Assembly: GCF_902713615.1 (NCBI RefSeq)
Contig: NC_052163.1
Location: forward strand, 100,184,622-100,248,621
Source of the DNA: Scyliorhinus canicula
Lineage: Eukaryota
Direction of reading: 5' to 3'
Length of the DNA stretch: 64,000 nt
Positions 1 through 13,156 of this stretch are shown piece by piece. The notes beneath the pieces were generated by a model. That model was not told the DNA's origin. It did no database searches and saw only the letters and a program-made list of their open reading frames with translations. Made by a program: the position numbers and the translations under genes. Position 1 is the stretch's first letter. Every line of letters begins with the position of its first letter.

Positions 1-310
1 AGAGGATCTGGAGTCTTTGAAACTCTTTTCAGGCCATTCAGCCCATCAAGTCTGCTCCGTCATTCAATGAGCTCATGACTGATCTGCTATGATAATCCTC
101 TACACGCAAGTCCTGAAACGGTGGTGGAACCAGAACCTTTGGATTTTTTTTTTTAAGGCAGAGGTGAATAGATTTTTGTAAGAAAGTGGGTGAGAGGTCA
201 TTTGGGGTAGGCAAGATGCATATTTGAGGATATCAGATCAGCCATGATCTTATTAAATGGCAGAACAGGCTCGAGGGGCTGAATGGCCTACTCCTGTTCC
301 TTGTTCGTAA
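1..310. mobile_element. CR1-type LINE 3' tail fragments (both orientations)
   Basis: Contains the shark CR1 3' end motif (gatcagccatgatcttattaaatggcagaacaggctcgaggggctgaatggcctactcctgttc) and its reverse complement near position 30-90. Confidence 0.55.
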
Positions 311-701
311 AGGGCCATGGGTGAAAGATGAAATGCAAAAGTTATAGGACTTAAAAAACTGTAAAGCTGTAGAATGTACTATCAAAATCTGACTGAAGCA
401 GGTACCACTCAACATTTAAGAACAGCATAGGTGGTTGTGGAAGATTGATAACAGCTCAGACAGTTTGTGCAATTCAGAAAGTTTGAGACTTCACATCAGT
501 ACCCCTACTTAAGGTAACTGTGTCTGCCATACCTTGCACCAACAATGCCTCCTCTACTGGGGGTGAATTACATGATTCATCTGCTTCCTGCACTCCACTG
601 TCCATGAATTACGAATAAACCTAGTAATGGCATCAGGGTCAGGAGAAAATAGCTGCTAGAACAATGGTACTAGCTGCTAAGCAGAGGGAGGACGCACTCA
701 C

Positions 702-743
702 CTTCCAAAAATGCAAATTCATCAGTGGCATCAACTGCATTAT
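702..743 (-). CDS. POLE4: POLE4 coding exon 3 (DNAVDATDEFAFLEG)
   Basis: Minus strand ctttcag|AT...GAAG|gtgagt, 42 nt, phase 1/1; matches the POLE4 C-terminal DNAIEAVDEFAFLEG. The short final exon (GTLD-like) was not found and is probably left of the window. Confidence 0.93.
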
Positions 744-947
744 CTGAAAGAGAAATAAAAAGAAATACATAATTCAGCAACATGGACAATTTCCGACTAA
801 AGTCACTATTGACTATTTCACCAAAGCAAACAACCCTGTGCCCCAACTTAGTTCAAAACCCAACCACTCACACACACAATAACAAAGGCCCTTGTGTATG
901 CTCCGGGGGCAAGAGCCTGGCATAACAGGCACTGCTGGCAGACTCAC

Positions 948-1032
948 CCACATCCTTCCGTTGGATGGTTTTCCGCTTTCCCTGCAAAGCGAATGTGTAT
1001 GCATCCTTTGCGATCACTTCAACAAACAGCTC
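948..1032 (-). CDS. POLE4: POLE4 coding exon 2 (ELFVEVIAKDAYTFALQGKRKTIQRKDV)
   Basis: Minus strand cctgacag|GAG...GTGG|gtgagt, 85 nt; histone-fold sequence matching POLE4 ELFVETIAKDAY..AQQGKRKTLQRRDL; phases join exons 1 and 3. Confidence 0.95.
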
Positions 1033-2545
1033 CTGTCAGGAGAAAACAAATACATTCAGTAGGGTACCCAATTACCTTGTCTCTCCAGAGATTCAGTACA
1101 TACTTCCAGTAGGCCCGATACAACTCTCGGAACCTTCCCGAGCAGCCAGAATGCCTTCCTCCAGGTGTCCCACTAACCCTAACTTCTATTCCAGGAGGAA
1201 CGTTATCTTTGCCTCATAGGCAGCTATACTAAGATGCAAGATGGTAGCTTTTCTTAAATCTTAAACTTCATTAATCCACTCTTATGCAAGATGATCAATG
1301 CCACTGTTTAATACCAGAGATTAAAAGATTATGCAAACTCTAGAATCATCAGGTCAATCTGCAAAATTGACCTGACACAACAAAGTAAATGAAATGAAGC
1401 TGAATAAAAATAAATTCACAATATGTCAAGAGCCAAACAGATATTATTGAAAATATTATTTACACGAGGGCTTTACTTTCTGGAGGAAAGATTTCCGTGA
1501 ATGGGATAGATGCAGAGACTTGATAAAAAAGTCATTAAACTGGTTTACAGATGAAGAGACTTTGGATGCAGATGGTTCTTCTGTCACCCATAACATTTGA
1601 GGACTACAGAACACAATTTAAAAGTTATGATCAACAAATTCAACATGTTACCATTTGAAGAGATTACTAATAATTATGCTGGGGCAGGAAGTCATAATAG
1701 ATTATAAAAAAGGATGGAATGCTGTTATTAGTTTCAAGATCACAATTAGATTTGAATAGGTAGGCTAGATGGAAAAATAGTCTTTGCCTCTCCAAACAGT
1801 TACTGTTATATGCTGCTTGGCCAATTGTGATCCGAGAATCCATCTTCACTAATCAAGCTATGCCTCATTAAAAAAATTCTCAACCTTGTTTTCAAATTCC
1901 TTTGTGGCCTCAACTCTCCCAATGTCTGCAATCTACTCTAGTCCCACAACCCTACGATATATCTGACTCATCTATTCCAAGCCTATTAACCATCCAGATT
2001 TTCATTTCTTCACTACATTAGCTTAGCCTTCAGCTGCCTTGGCCCAAAGCTCTGGAATTCCCTCCCTAAACCTCTCTGCTTCTCTAATTCCAGCTTCCTT
2101 CAAGGCACTCCTTACTGGGTCACCATTACTGTATGTGGCTTGGTGCCAAATTTTGCTTTACAACACTCCTGTAACCACTAGAGAACATTTTATGCTAAAC
2201 AGGCCATATAAATAAAAGCTGTTGCCTTGTTCATTTATCCCTTGCCCATTAGTCAGTCGACCTATTGATTACCATCATGTGACTGTTCCCATTGCTGCTA
2301 ACCTGCATTAATACTGATCCCTGCTTTTTAAGATGATACATGGTTAAGTGAATACCAGAGTTGGTACACTGTACTTTACAATTGGGGATGAACAGGAATG
2401 TAACCCTAGAAAATAAATTTATTGGCACTGGCATCAACAACATGGGAAACTGCTGCATTTACCACTTTACATCTGACAACAGGATGGTTCACCTCCGCCA
2501 CTCACGCATGCTGCCATTTGCAGCATTGCTGGCATCTTGACATTG

Positions 2546-2843
2546 TGGGGCAGCACAGTGACACAGTGGTTAGCACTGCTGCCTAACAGCACAGGAACCC
2601 GGGCCCAGTTCCAGCCTTGGGTGACTGTCTGTGTGAGTTTGCACATTTCCCCCCTGTATCTGTGTGGGTTTCCTCTGGGTGCTTCGGTTTCTTCCCAAAG
2701 TCCAAAGATGTGCAGGTTAAGTGGATTCAAGTGCAGGATATGTGGAGTTCAGGGATAGGGCGGGGGAGTGGCCTAAGTAAGGCGCTCTTTCAGAGGGTTG
2801 GTCCAAACCCGATGGGCCGAATGGCCTCCTTCTGCACTGTATG
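2546..2843 (+). mobile_element. HE1/V-SINE (tRNA-derived), CR1-tailed form
   Basis: tRNA-like head (cagtggttagcactgctgcc; B-box-like), V-domain (gtgtgggtttcctctgggtgcttcggtttcttccca) and tail gggccgaatggcctccttctgcactgt. Confidence 0.85.
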
Positions 2844-3329
2844 ATTGGATTGGATTGGTTTATTGTCACGTGTACAAAGGTACAGTGAAAATTATTTTCT
2901 GAGAGCAGCTCAACAGATCATTAAGTACATGAAAAGAAAAGGAAATGAAACAAAATACATAATAGGGCAACACAAGGTAACAATTGTAAGTTAAGTAAAA
3001 AGTGGATCTGTTAGGGAGAGCTCACAGAGATGCCATGCTCCAGTGCCATTTTGTGCAATAACATTCTTGGGACATTCCTAAAGTCACATTTGAAGAGCGA
3101 GGCAGGTTAGGCACAAGCCATCTGTTCCCTACTATTTATAGAACCATCAATTGGATTATAAAGAAAGGTATGCATTTTTTCTTAATAGTGTCTTTCACAA
3201 TATCAGGTCATCCAAATGCTTAATTGATTGATGCAATGTATAGAACCCTCTTCCTATTGCAAATTGGTCTGACATATCAAATGTATCTCAATCGGATGCG
3301 TAGTAAATTTGAACAACTCACTCAGGATT

Positions 3330-6300
3330 GATTCCACTTAGTGCTCATCCTGCATTGTTCCTCACCACCACTCCACCCTTGCTTGTGGCTTAGCATGCGA
3401 CAGGGGACATAACCCAGCAAACTCTTTCAACGGGTCAGCCATAGCAGCCATCTGGTCTCCTACCCTCAGCAACTTAGGGGTTTGTCTACCTCAACATGCG
3501 AAAAATGATGTCCTCACTCTGGGCGGATGTGACCAAAGTAAATTCCGACAGGCTTGAAGATGAATAAGTAAACAACGTGCAAAGATCGACAAGATGCAGA
3601 TGATGTCCTGGTTACTCGCAGCATCCAGATGTATCTCCAGCTGTCTAGACTCTATCTTGCCACTGGACCAAGATAGGCAAGGCCAAGAGTGAAGCTGACA
3701 ATAAGCAACTCTCGCTCACTATAATCCAATTCACACACAAGTCATGTTCACCATTTTTCTATCTACCATACCATATTATCTTTCTGTCAAGGTGGTGAGC
3801 AACATGGCAGCATTAATTCACTGAGAGTTTGAGCCGCAAGTCTGCACACAGGCAGTTCAGGCCAGAGGGCTGTTTTACACTGAAAGGAGGTAGTGGAACT
3901 TGGCAGCACCCTGAGCAACTCAGCAGCCCTTTTCAGGACCATAGTGCTCAACTTTCTAGCATGAGGAAGGGGTTTGAAAAGGTATTCTAAACATTGGCAA
4001 CTTCATCACCCTGGCCAGCAAGCCACAGCTGGCAGTGATCCCACCATAGTCAGAAGTCAATCGCAAAAAAGTAGAGTAATGCTGATATGGTCAGTATTGG
4101 CACACAAAATGACAAATGGCACTCTCAGGGACAATGCCCCAAACGACAAACCCGAGAGAAGAACTGCTCTCGTCTGTAGAGAGCTGGCTAGCTACAAAGT
4201 GTAGTTCGCCACCCTCTAGAATTAGTCAGCTCAATTAAATCTGGGCAGGATTCCATTCTTTTGGAGTGGCTGTGGAGAATAACAGTACGAGGCTGGTACA
4301 TAAGATGACTTGTCTTCCCGGTGTTGGTGATTGTCTGATGGTGCTCAAACTCATCTTGCACAACAAAAGGGAAGTAACTCAAGTGTGTATGCCTCTACAA
4401 TGACCAATTCTGATGAAGTCAAGGATAACTTCTCAGATGACCTCCACTGCATAATTGCTACATTATCAAAGCCAGGCATAAACGTTCTTGGTGACTTCAA
4501 GACAAGTGTTGGCACAGATCACCAGGTGATTGGGGAAAAATGGGATTGGCAGTTCTTTTTTTGTTTAAATTTAGAGTACCCAATTAATTTTTTCCAATTA
4601 AGGGGCAATTTAGCGTGGCCAATCCACCTACCCTGCACATTTTTGGGTTGTGGAGGCGAAACCCACGCAAACACGGGGAGAATGTGCAAACTCCACACGG
4701 ACAGTGAACCAGAGCCGGGATCGAACCTGGGACCTCGGCGCCGTGAGGCATCAGGGCTAACCCACTGCGCCACCGTGTTGCCCCGGATTGGCAGTTCTAA
4801 CTGCAACGGTCTCCTCTTGCTGAAGATGTATGCTGAGCATGAGCTCCTAACTCAATACCAGTTTTCCACTTTGCTAAATCACAGGGCTTCTTGGATGCAC
4901 CCCTGTTCTATGCACTGGCATCTAAGTGATTCTGTTATCACCAGTCAGAATGTGTGTGTAACAAAAGCACTGACTGCTGAACTGATCATAGTCTTACCAT
5001 TTCATGGCTAAATATCAAAATCTATCCTTCTAGACAGCCCTGATGGATGAAGGTATAGAACATAGAATATAGAAGAAGTACATCAGTGTCTCAAGACCTC
5101 AATCAGGCAGTAGTGATGAAATCTCTCAGAGAAGCTAGAAAGTCATCTATGTACAGTGAAAATGAACACTCATTGCATTGAGGATGACTGGGTTACTTTC
5201 AGAGATATAGTGGATTTCATTTTCAAGAGGCCTTTGGCCCTACCTTCATAAGCATCAAGATTGGCTCAAATGAGATCATCCAGAAACTATTGGAGGAGAA
5301 ACATCACCTGGAGATTTACCTTAACGACAAGTCATCACTACCCAAGCATGATGCCTACCAAAGGATTCGCAACTAGAACATATAGAACATACAGTGCAAA
5401 AGGAGGCCATTCAGCCCATCGAGTCTGCATCGATCCTCTTAAGCACTCACTTCCACCCTATCCCCATAACCCCTCCTAACCTTTTTGGTCACTAAGGGTA
5501 ATTTATCATAGTAATTTATCATAGACCTAACCTGCACGTCTTTGGACTGTGCAAACTCAGATCCAAGACAGTTGGCAGTCAGCAAGCAGATGAACCTCAG
5601 TCATGTATCTTTATTTAACAATCTGTCCATGGGCCCCAGTCCCTGACTCAACGCCAATCCTCAGTGCTAATGGGTCAACGCTGCTCACAGAAAAAGCCCA
5701 AATTCGAGAAAAATGAGCAGAGCACAACCTCAATCAGCCTTCATCCATCAATGGAGAAGCAATCAACAGACTGCTTTCTTGATGACCCTCCCACAGTTAG
5801 AAATGATGAACACCATCAAACACCTTTCGGAGGTCCACAAGGGAGGTGCCTGGTAAGGAAGCTCACTGAATTCTTGCAGTCTATGTGAGAGCAAGGATAC
5901 AAAGGCACCTCCATTATCCAGCTGTACAAGCAGAAAGGAACTCAATCTTCCAACAACCAGATAGAAATCTCATATCTTTCCATTGCCAGTAACATATGTC
6001 CTTATGTTCTTAATCCTTTTGGACCACTCCGAGTGCTACATCTCAACCAGGAACTGATGTTAGAGTCAGTGTGGTTTCAGAAACCACCAAAATGTTGTTT
6101 GCTGTTAAGACATTCCAGGAGAAATGCGAAGAACAGAACATGGACCTCAACACCACTCTTTTTGACCTGACCAATGCCTTCGGAAGGTAATGGAGACAAT
6201 CGGCTGCCCTGGGAAATCATCACAAAATGATTCAACAGTTCCATGATCGCATACAAGAAGAAACCTCCAACCCAGCAACTCATCCAAAACTCAACTGTCC

Positions 6301-6400
6301 TGTAGTATCCTGTCCATTTTGCAGGACCTTCTGGGCACAGATTGGCCTCAGCAGTCACCTCTGTTTCTGTTGCAACCCTACCGCACACAGGATAACGGAC
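3330..6400 (+). mobile_element. Degraded RTE (BovB-like) LINE in POLE4 intron 1
   Basis: Frame-broken remnants: KPERRTALVCRELASYKV, VLGDFKTSVGTD, NCNGLLLLKMYAEHELL, SWMHP..HWHL, and C-terminal CPFCRTFWAQIGLSSHL typical of RTE ORFs. Ends approximate. Confidence 0.75.
4557..4784 (-). mobile_element. HE1/V-SINE, A-tailed form, inserted in the RTE element
   Basis: SINE consensus on the minus strand; 14-bp TSD ggattggcagttct at 4543-4556 and 4785-4798. Confidence 0.9.
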
Positions 6401-6559
6401 ATTGTCAGCTCGCCTCAAAAGAATGAACACAATTTTGGAGTTGCATCTGAGAGTTCGGCTCAAGTTAGAATCAGAGTATGATGGGAAATGGAATGAGAGT
6501 TTGGTCAAGTTAAATCGGAGCCTGATGGGAAATGAAATGTCACGTCTGTATACCAGCTT

Positions 6560-6960
6560 TGTGAAATAAATTGTTCCTGTGAGAACGCGTTATCATGACC
6601 GTGACAGTCTGTGGGAATCTGTGGTGGGAACAAAACACACAGCCGGGGGAAGATTCACTCCTTCGGACTTTTGATAAAGATTTACTATGCTATGAAACTA
6701 ACTGTATTACTAATCATGGGAAGAAAATAATTACTTAAAGGAGGGGCGTAATTAGCTAATTGTATCACTAATGATTGAAAGGTGTGATGGATTTTGTAAG
6801 AATATATAGTCAACTGTAACTGAGAGAAATTTGCTTTTTCACTTGCTGTAACTCTGAGTTACAGCTGTGCTGTAGCCCCGCAGTGAAAATAAACGGCTCT
6901 TTGAACTTATCTGGTGTTCGACTGATGATTACCTCTGGACTGCAAAATTTAGAACTATCA
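6560..6960 (+). mobile_element. Possible solo LTR
   Basis: TG...CA ends, TATA-like tatata near 6803 and AATAAA near 6888; no clean TSD found. Confidence 0.35.
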
Positions 6961-7736
6961 CTTCTATAAAATAATTGTGGTTGATCCCACTTCCTTCACC
7001 TCACCATGGCAACTGTGACTTTAACTTTCTCGGGTCTAAACTCAAATTGCCTTCTCAAACCTCTCTCTACCTTTCTTAAAACCTACTTTTGACCGAGCCT
7101 TTGGTTACTGCCCCAATAACTTCTTCTTTGGCTCACTGTCAATTTTTAGTCTAATTACACTCCTGTGAAGCACCTTATTATGTTCTATCATATTATTTGT
7201 AAACACGAGTTGCTGTTGAATACAACAGTCTGGTAACTGGGGCATAAAGAAAATATCCAAGCCCTGGAAAAGGTGAAAAGGCAACAAATCCACAGCACCA
7301 GGGGGCTGAGTTATGAATGACTTCCGTTACAGGGTGAGATTAGAAGGAGTTCCCTTTCAGGGATCACTGGGCTGCTTGGCACTGACCTGTACAGGGTGGC
7401 TACATAGCAGTGCAGAAGGCGATTTAACACTCAATCCTGCTCCACCATTCAATGAGGATCAGTGAAGCTAAGTTCATATTCCTATTTTTGTCCCATATCC
7501 CTTCATCCCTCAAATACTGATCTACCAATTGCCATTTGAGGATGAGTTAAAAACTTCGATTCCTCTGTGTGGGGATGCATTTTACAATTTTTGAAAGGTC
7601 TGGCTCTACATGTATGGCTATGCCCCCTAGTCCTAGACATCCTAACTGGTGGAAATGGGATGGATAGTGCCAAACCATCAGTACCATTTAATCTGAATTC
7701 CAGGGAACACAACCCTAGTTTGTGTAATAAAACAAA

Positions 7737-8065
7737 GCCCTGGAAACACCCAGCAGTATCTGTGGAAAGAGAAACAGAGTTGATGCGGAGTTGAACATGC
7801 CTCTCCTTCAGAAAGTCCACAGTATCTTGCTTTTATTCAAATAAAAGCAAAAATACTGTGGATGCTGGAAATCTGAAATAGAAACAGAACATGCAGGATG
7901 AACTCAGCAGGTTTGACAGCAACTGAGGAGCAAGAAACAGAGTTAAACATTTTGAGTCGCTATGACATCTTCAGTGTTTTAAAAAAAGCAGCATGGACTC
8001 TGTTTCTCTCTTACAGGTGCAGCCAGACATGCCGAGTTTTCCCAGCATTTTCTGTCTTCATTTCT
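7737..8065. mobile_element. Degraded Penelope-like terminal repeats with a partial inverted arm
   Basis: gatgctggaaatctgaaatagaaacagaa...ctcagcaggtttgacagc...gaaacagagttaaac followed by its degenerate reverse complement; same family as 60001-60085. Confidence 0.5.
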
Positions 8066-8990
8066 TGCTTTTATTATAGCGTTTAATTTAGACTGCTCTT
8101 GCCTTTTTGAGACAGGGCTGACTGGTGGTGATTTAACCGGAGGGCCACCACCACAGGCAGGGCCTTCATGGATAACCGCGCTGGCTGAGATTATTCATGA
8201 AGGTCCTGCCTTCTCAACCTTGCCCCTCACCTGAGGTGTGATGACCATCAGGTTAAATTACTACCAGTCAGCTCTCATAGGGGAGAGCAGCCTATGGTCA
8301 CCTGGGACTGTGGCAACATTCACATTAGTGTTTAATTAATACAGTATTTAGGTTTTAGTGGTTAGGTTACACAGTATGTAAGCCTTTAGTGATCAAGTTA
8401 CACAGTATTTAGTGGTTAGGTTGCACAGCATAGAATATTACAACACAGAAAGAGGCCTTTTGGTCCATCGCATCTGTGGCAGCTATCAGGCACCTATCTA
8501 ATCTAATCCCATTTTCAACACTAGCCTTTGGGATGGTTAATTTACACAGTATTGAGCATTTTAGTCATCAATTCATGCAGCATTTAACTTTTATTTTAGT
8601 GTTTAATTCACTGCCATTTCTCTTACTTTGAAGAAGTTCTGTTACAACCATCAGTATTTTGTTTCTTTCCTAGTTTGTGTAATCCCTTTTTATAATTTAA
8701 GAATTATTGGATTACAATCTTTAGAGAGGAGAGAAGACTGAATTTTGATTTGGTTGCTGTGTATAAATTGACACATGGCCTTACTACCTCAGAGCTTGAA
8801 AACTCTACTCGCAATTGCAGCATTTTGCACGATCTTCAGTACAAACTACTGAAATTTAGTTCACACGGGCAGCAGAAATAATAAATAAATAAATCATCTT
8901 TTTATTGCCACAAGCAGGCTTAGATTAACACTGCAATGAAGTTACTGTGAAAAGCCCCTAGTAGCCACATTCTACTACCTGTTCAGGTAT

Positions 8991-9215
8991 GGCATGCTGG
9001 CACAGTGGTTAACAACGTTGCTTCACAGCATTGAGGATCCAGGTCAGATCCCGGCTCTGAGTCACTGTCTGTGTGGAGTTTGCACATTCTCCCCGTGTCT
9101 GCGTGGGTTTCACCCCCACAACCCAAAGATGTGCAGGGTACATGGATTGGCCACGCTAAATTGCCCCTTAATTGGGAAATAAATTAAGTACTCTACATTT
9201 ATTTATTTAAAAAAA
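8991..9215 (+). mobile_element. HE1/V-SINE, A-tailed form
   Basis: tRNA-like head, V-domain and A/T-rich tail. Confidence 0.85.
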
Positions 9216-9530
9216 TTTCGTTCACATCTTGATATTCGTAAAGAAAAAAAGTCAGAGCTTTGCCCGATTTCCCTTTGAATGCTGCAAATGTAGTGATTTT
9301 TAGAAAACTTGTTAGAAACATGGTGTGATGTCTATGTATTGTCTGATGGTATTGTTGGTGTTCTTGCTTTTAATACTGTGCTTCACACTGTATGGTGATC
9401 AAAGAATAATTAAAAACCCTTGCAGTGGAAATATAGTAACGGTAAATATACTCTGTACCTCTCCAAAGTCAACATATCTTTAGAAGGGGGAGCAGCGCTG
9501 GGCCGGGGTCCGCCGGGCCCACTCACTCAC

Positions 9531-9737
9531 CGTGGCTTTGCCGATGGCGAACACGGCCTCCTGACTGGCCAGCGACACATCGGGATCAGCCTTCATCAGG
9601 CCCTTGATACGGCTCAGCGGCAGCCGGAGCAACTTATGGTGCAGCCCCGGGAGCGGGGCCGAGCCCGGCGCCTCGGCCTCCAGCTGCAGGCTCTGGCCGG
9701 GCTCCGCCAACGCCACCCCGCTCTCCAGCTCCTCCAT
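9531..9737 (-). CDS. POLE4: POLE4 (DNA polymerase epsilon subunit 4, histone fold) coding exon 1
   Basis: ATG at 9737; RLPLSRIKGLMKADPDVSLASQEAVFAIGKAT matches POLE4 RLPLARVKALVKADPDVTLAGQEAIF; donor ACG|gtgagt at 9531/9530; lies in a CpG island. Confidence 0.96.
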
Positions 9738-9777
9738 TGCCGGCCTTCCCGCCTCACAGGCAGCCGATCCACGACAA

Positions 9778-9958
9778 CCAATGGCCAGCGCGCTCTCCCC
9801 CCGTTAGCCGCTGCCCCCCCCCCCCCCCCATTTTGCCAATCATAATACAGAGTGGGGCACAACCTCTACCAATCAGGAGTGGGAGAAGGGTGTCCCATCA
9901 AGTGGATTGACCAATAGTATAACAGATTGACCAATGGCCATGAGTCTTGCTAACCAAT
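9778..9958 (-). promoter_or_regulatory. POLE4 promoter with six CCAAT boxes (putative NF-Y sites)
   Basis: CCAAT on the plus strand at 9778, 9836, 9869, 9911, 9931 and 9954, immediately upstream of the POLE4 ATG. Confidence 0.7.
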
Positions 9959-10282
9959 CAGGTTAAGAGACGATGCAATGGGCAGTGAGTTGGCCATGGG
10001 GGTTCTTCTGTTTGGTCCAGTCTGGGAAAGCGATTGTTGGGATTGGATCAGGTGTGAGGCTACCCACTGAATGCACGCTGGGAGTGACCTGGAGATTTCA
10101 AACTTCAACCTCCCTGGAGACCCCCAGGACACGTACATGGAACATACAGCGCAGAAGGTTCTGCACTGGACATTTCTGGAAGGTTGGTAATATTACTTTG
10201 GTTTTGGAGTGGGATTGGAAAAGGGGAGATTTGGATCGTTTCACCTTCAAGTTTGAGTTTTGAGTAAACAGATGTTTGGGCT

Positions 10283-10510
10283 AGGGTGGCACGTGGCACA
10301 GTGGTTAGCACTGGGACTACGGCGCTGAGGACCCGGATCCGAATCCCGGCCCTAGGTCACTGTCCATGTGGAGTTTACACATTAACCCCCTGTCTGCATG
10401 GGTTTTACCCCACAACCCAAAGACGTGCAGGTTTGGTGGATTGGCCACGCAAAATTGCCCCATAATTGGAAAAAGAAAAAATAATTGGGGACTCTAAATT
10501 TATAAAACAA
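10283..10510 (+). mobile_element. HE1/V-SINE, A-tailed form
   Basis: SINE consensus; near-perfect TSD aaacagatgtttg (10266-10278) / aaacagaggtttg (10511-10523). Confidence 0.85.
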
Positions 10511-11956
10511 AAACAGAGGTTTGAAATAGGCATCATTCTGTTAGTGCTGTGGTTGGTTCAAGTATGTTGGCCTTGTGTCTCTGAAGGCTCGTTCGCCTGA
10601 CCTCCAGCACTGCATACTTTGATTCTAACTTGGGGAACACACTGACTGGGCTACACTGTTGGGAGTGGAGAATGATTCTAGAGTGCAATGAAACTGCTGA
10701 ACACTCCACTGATTACTACCAAGAAGAAAATTATTCCTTGATCATAGAATGTTTCAGCACTAAAAGAGGTTCCAATACAGGTTCCAAGTGAAAGGGTTAC
10801 AGAGCCCTTAAACTATGGTGTGCTGAGGATTTTTATTCCACTGAAGTGAGAGTGAACATCAGGGGGTTCCATGGTGTCAAAGTGAATTGGACAAAGTGTT
10901 AATTCCCTTACTTTGCCTACCCTTCCTTATTAGGTCACTTAATTCCTGATACCAATCTGCAAAACTTGAATGTGAGACATGTGGTATCCAGAGCCACTGA
11001 CAGCTCCGTACACAGGGCTAGTCCGACTCCTTTCAATGGTTTCCTTCCATGAGTACCCAGTCGCCATTTCCTGCAAGCCTGTTCCATTTGCACTTGTGTG
11101 TTAGAGTCTGAGAAAACATGAATTCTATACTTTGGTCTTTTGGCTAGCAGAGAGTTGGCTGGAACTGCTGGCACTTAGTAAGTTGCCATTAAGTCACTGG
11201 GTACCTGGAAGTGATACTACCCCATCTAAACATGATTCTGCAGAAGCACAAAAAAGCTAGGTGAATATTCATTGGACATTAACATGCTGACACATGCTGC
11301 AAGAAATTTAACCCAATTGCTTCCTCTCTAAGCAGGTTTTTAATCTATCTAGTGACAGGTTTCTTCCCACCTACCTACAAGCATCGGTCTCCCCACCTTA
11401 ACTGAAATAATGCTCCTGTGTTGCCCACCATTTTGCTGATGAGATGACCCTGGTGTGAACAGTAGGAGATAGATGGGGGAAATTGGTGCTGGATGGCGTT
11501 TAATGACCTGCTCGCAATAAGTGCTGGCATACATCTACCTGGATTATCTCCTCTTACAGTAATGGCAACCTGACTAAGTAAAAATCCTGCTTCTGAGGTC
11601 CCTGGTGGGCTCCCAATAAGCTGCTGAGTCAACTTGGGGCTCATGCTGGTCACATGGTATTAGAGATTTTGGACTCAAACTGTCTGATGAAAATGTTTGC
11701 CCCAGAGAGACCAGGACAGCAACATAAAGGATGGGGTGAGGGGAGGAAGCATAACTGGGTCTACAAACCACACTGGCAAACTGTGTATTTATGGAGAATC
11801 TGTAAGAAAGTTAAATATCTCAAGGCTTTGCAGGAGCATTATAAATCGGCTAGACATACACATGATTTGGTTGGGCATTACATATACGCACAGTAGTGTG
11901 AGAATTGAAGATTGGGACATCCTAAACCAACACACCTTTATGGGAGAAGCTCTGGT

Positions 11957-12180
11957 TGGGCAGCATGGTGGCCTAGTGGTTAGCACAGCTGCCTCATGGC
12001 GCTGAGGTCCCAGGTTCGATCCCGGCTCTGGGTCACTGTCCGTGTGGAGTTTGCACATTCTCCCCGTGTCTGCGTGGGTTTCGCCCCCACAACCCAAAAA
12101 TGTGCCGAGTAGGTGGATTGGCCACGCTAAATTGCCCCTTAATTGGAAAAAATAATTGGGTAATCTAAATTTTTAAAAAA
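11957..12180 (+). mobile_element. HE1/V-SINE, A-tailed form
   Basis: SINE consensus; 14-bp TSD gggagaagctctgg at 11942-11955 and 12181-12194. Confidence 0.9.
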
Positions 12181-12880
12181 GGGAGAAGCTCTGGCCTTTT
12201 ACGCATCCCACAATCTCTTTGCCCCACAATTGGTGACCATGCCTTCAGACATCTAGGCCCGATCACCTGGAAACTCCTTTGCTAAACCTCTCCAACTGCT
12301 TCTCCTTTTAATAGCCTCCTTAATACACACCTTTCAGGTAAAATACTAGCAAGACTCATAGCGATGCTGATTTCTCACCTGAGGCTCATGGAACAATGGT
12401 TTTTAAAGTCTTTTTGTAAAACTGGTTTCCACGTTGCACTGTCACTTTTATTTGGTTTAAAATCAAGAAGCTTGGCCACAATTTTGAAGTCGAAGGAATT
12501 TAAAAAAAAACTAGCAGTTGGCTGCTGATTTGCTACAAACCCGTGTCTGTTGGCATGGACCAATTTCATCCCTTTCATTTGCTCAGTATCTGTTTCTGTC
12601 TCATTCTGCTTCTGTGAAGCCCCTTGAAAGACTTTTTCCTCCTTCCTATGTCAAATGTTAATATTAATGTAAACTGGTATGCCATGAGTGAAGGGACTCT
12701 CCCATCACAATGAGAAATGGTGCTTTACGTGGTAGATTACGGCCAGAAATGGCAGGTGATTGTAAAATGCTTGTCTACATTCTGCTAAAAGTGATTGCGC
12801 GAGTGACACATTTTAATAAATTGCGTCATTTTAGGTCAGGCAGTAATTCTTGAAATCCTGTTAAGAATAACCAGGCCAGA

Positions 12881-13156
12881 TATAAAAAGGGAAAGTAACT
12901 GCATTAATCCTCATCCTCAGGACTGTCAGTGACCAAATTAGATTAACCCAGTGAGCAGTCTTACTGCTGTTTATTCTTTGTTACATTCGTCAGAGATTGA
13001 AGCTCTTCTTGGACTCCTAAGCGCAGCTGCCACAGAACAGAAAGCATCAGAGGACATTGAAACGCAGGCTCTCATGCAACAGGACAAGGCAAAACTGACC
13101 GATCAACATAAACTACAACGATGGAGAAGAACAATTACACAATTTTGATTAAACAG
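12881..13156 (+). promoter_or_regulatory. Putative TATA box and non-coding first exon of the NIM1K-like gene
   Basis: TATAAAA at 12881-12887 in unique sequence; donor CAG|gtaaac at 13156/13157. The first coding exon has an acceptor (tttctcag|, exon start 17199), which implies an upstream exon. Confidence 0.45.

Noticed and set aside
9420-9862. Overlapping ORFs 9420-9845 (+), 9604-9807 (+), 9614-9862 (-)
   Set aside because: Shadow frames of GC-rich POLE4 exon 1.
12721-12830. HRE (TACGTG) and CRE half-site upstream of the putative kinase TATA box
   Set aside because: Short motifs expected by chance; unsupported without conservation data.
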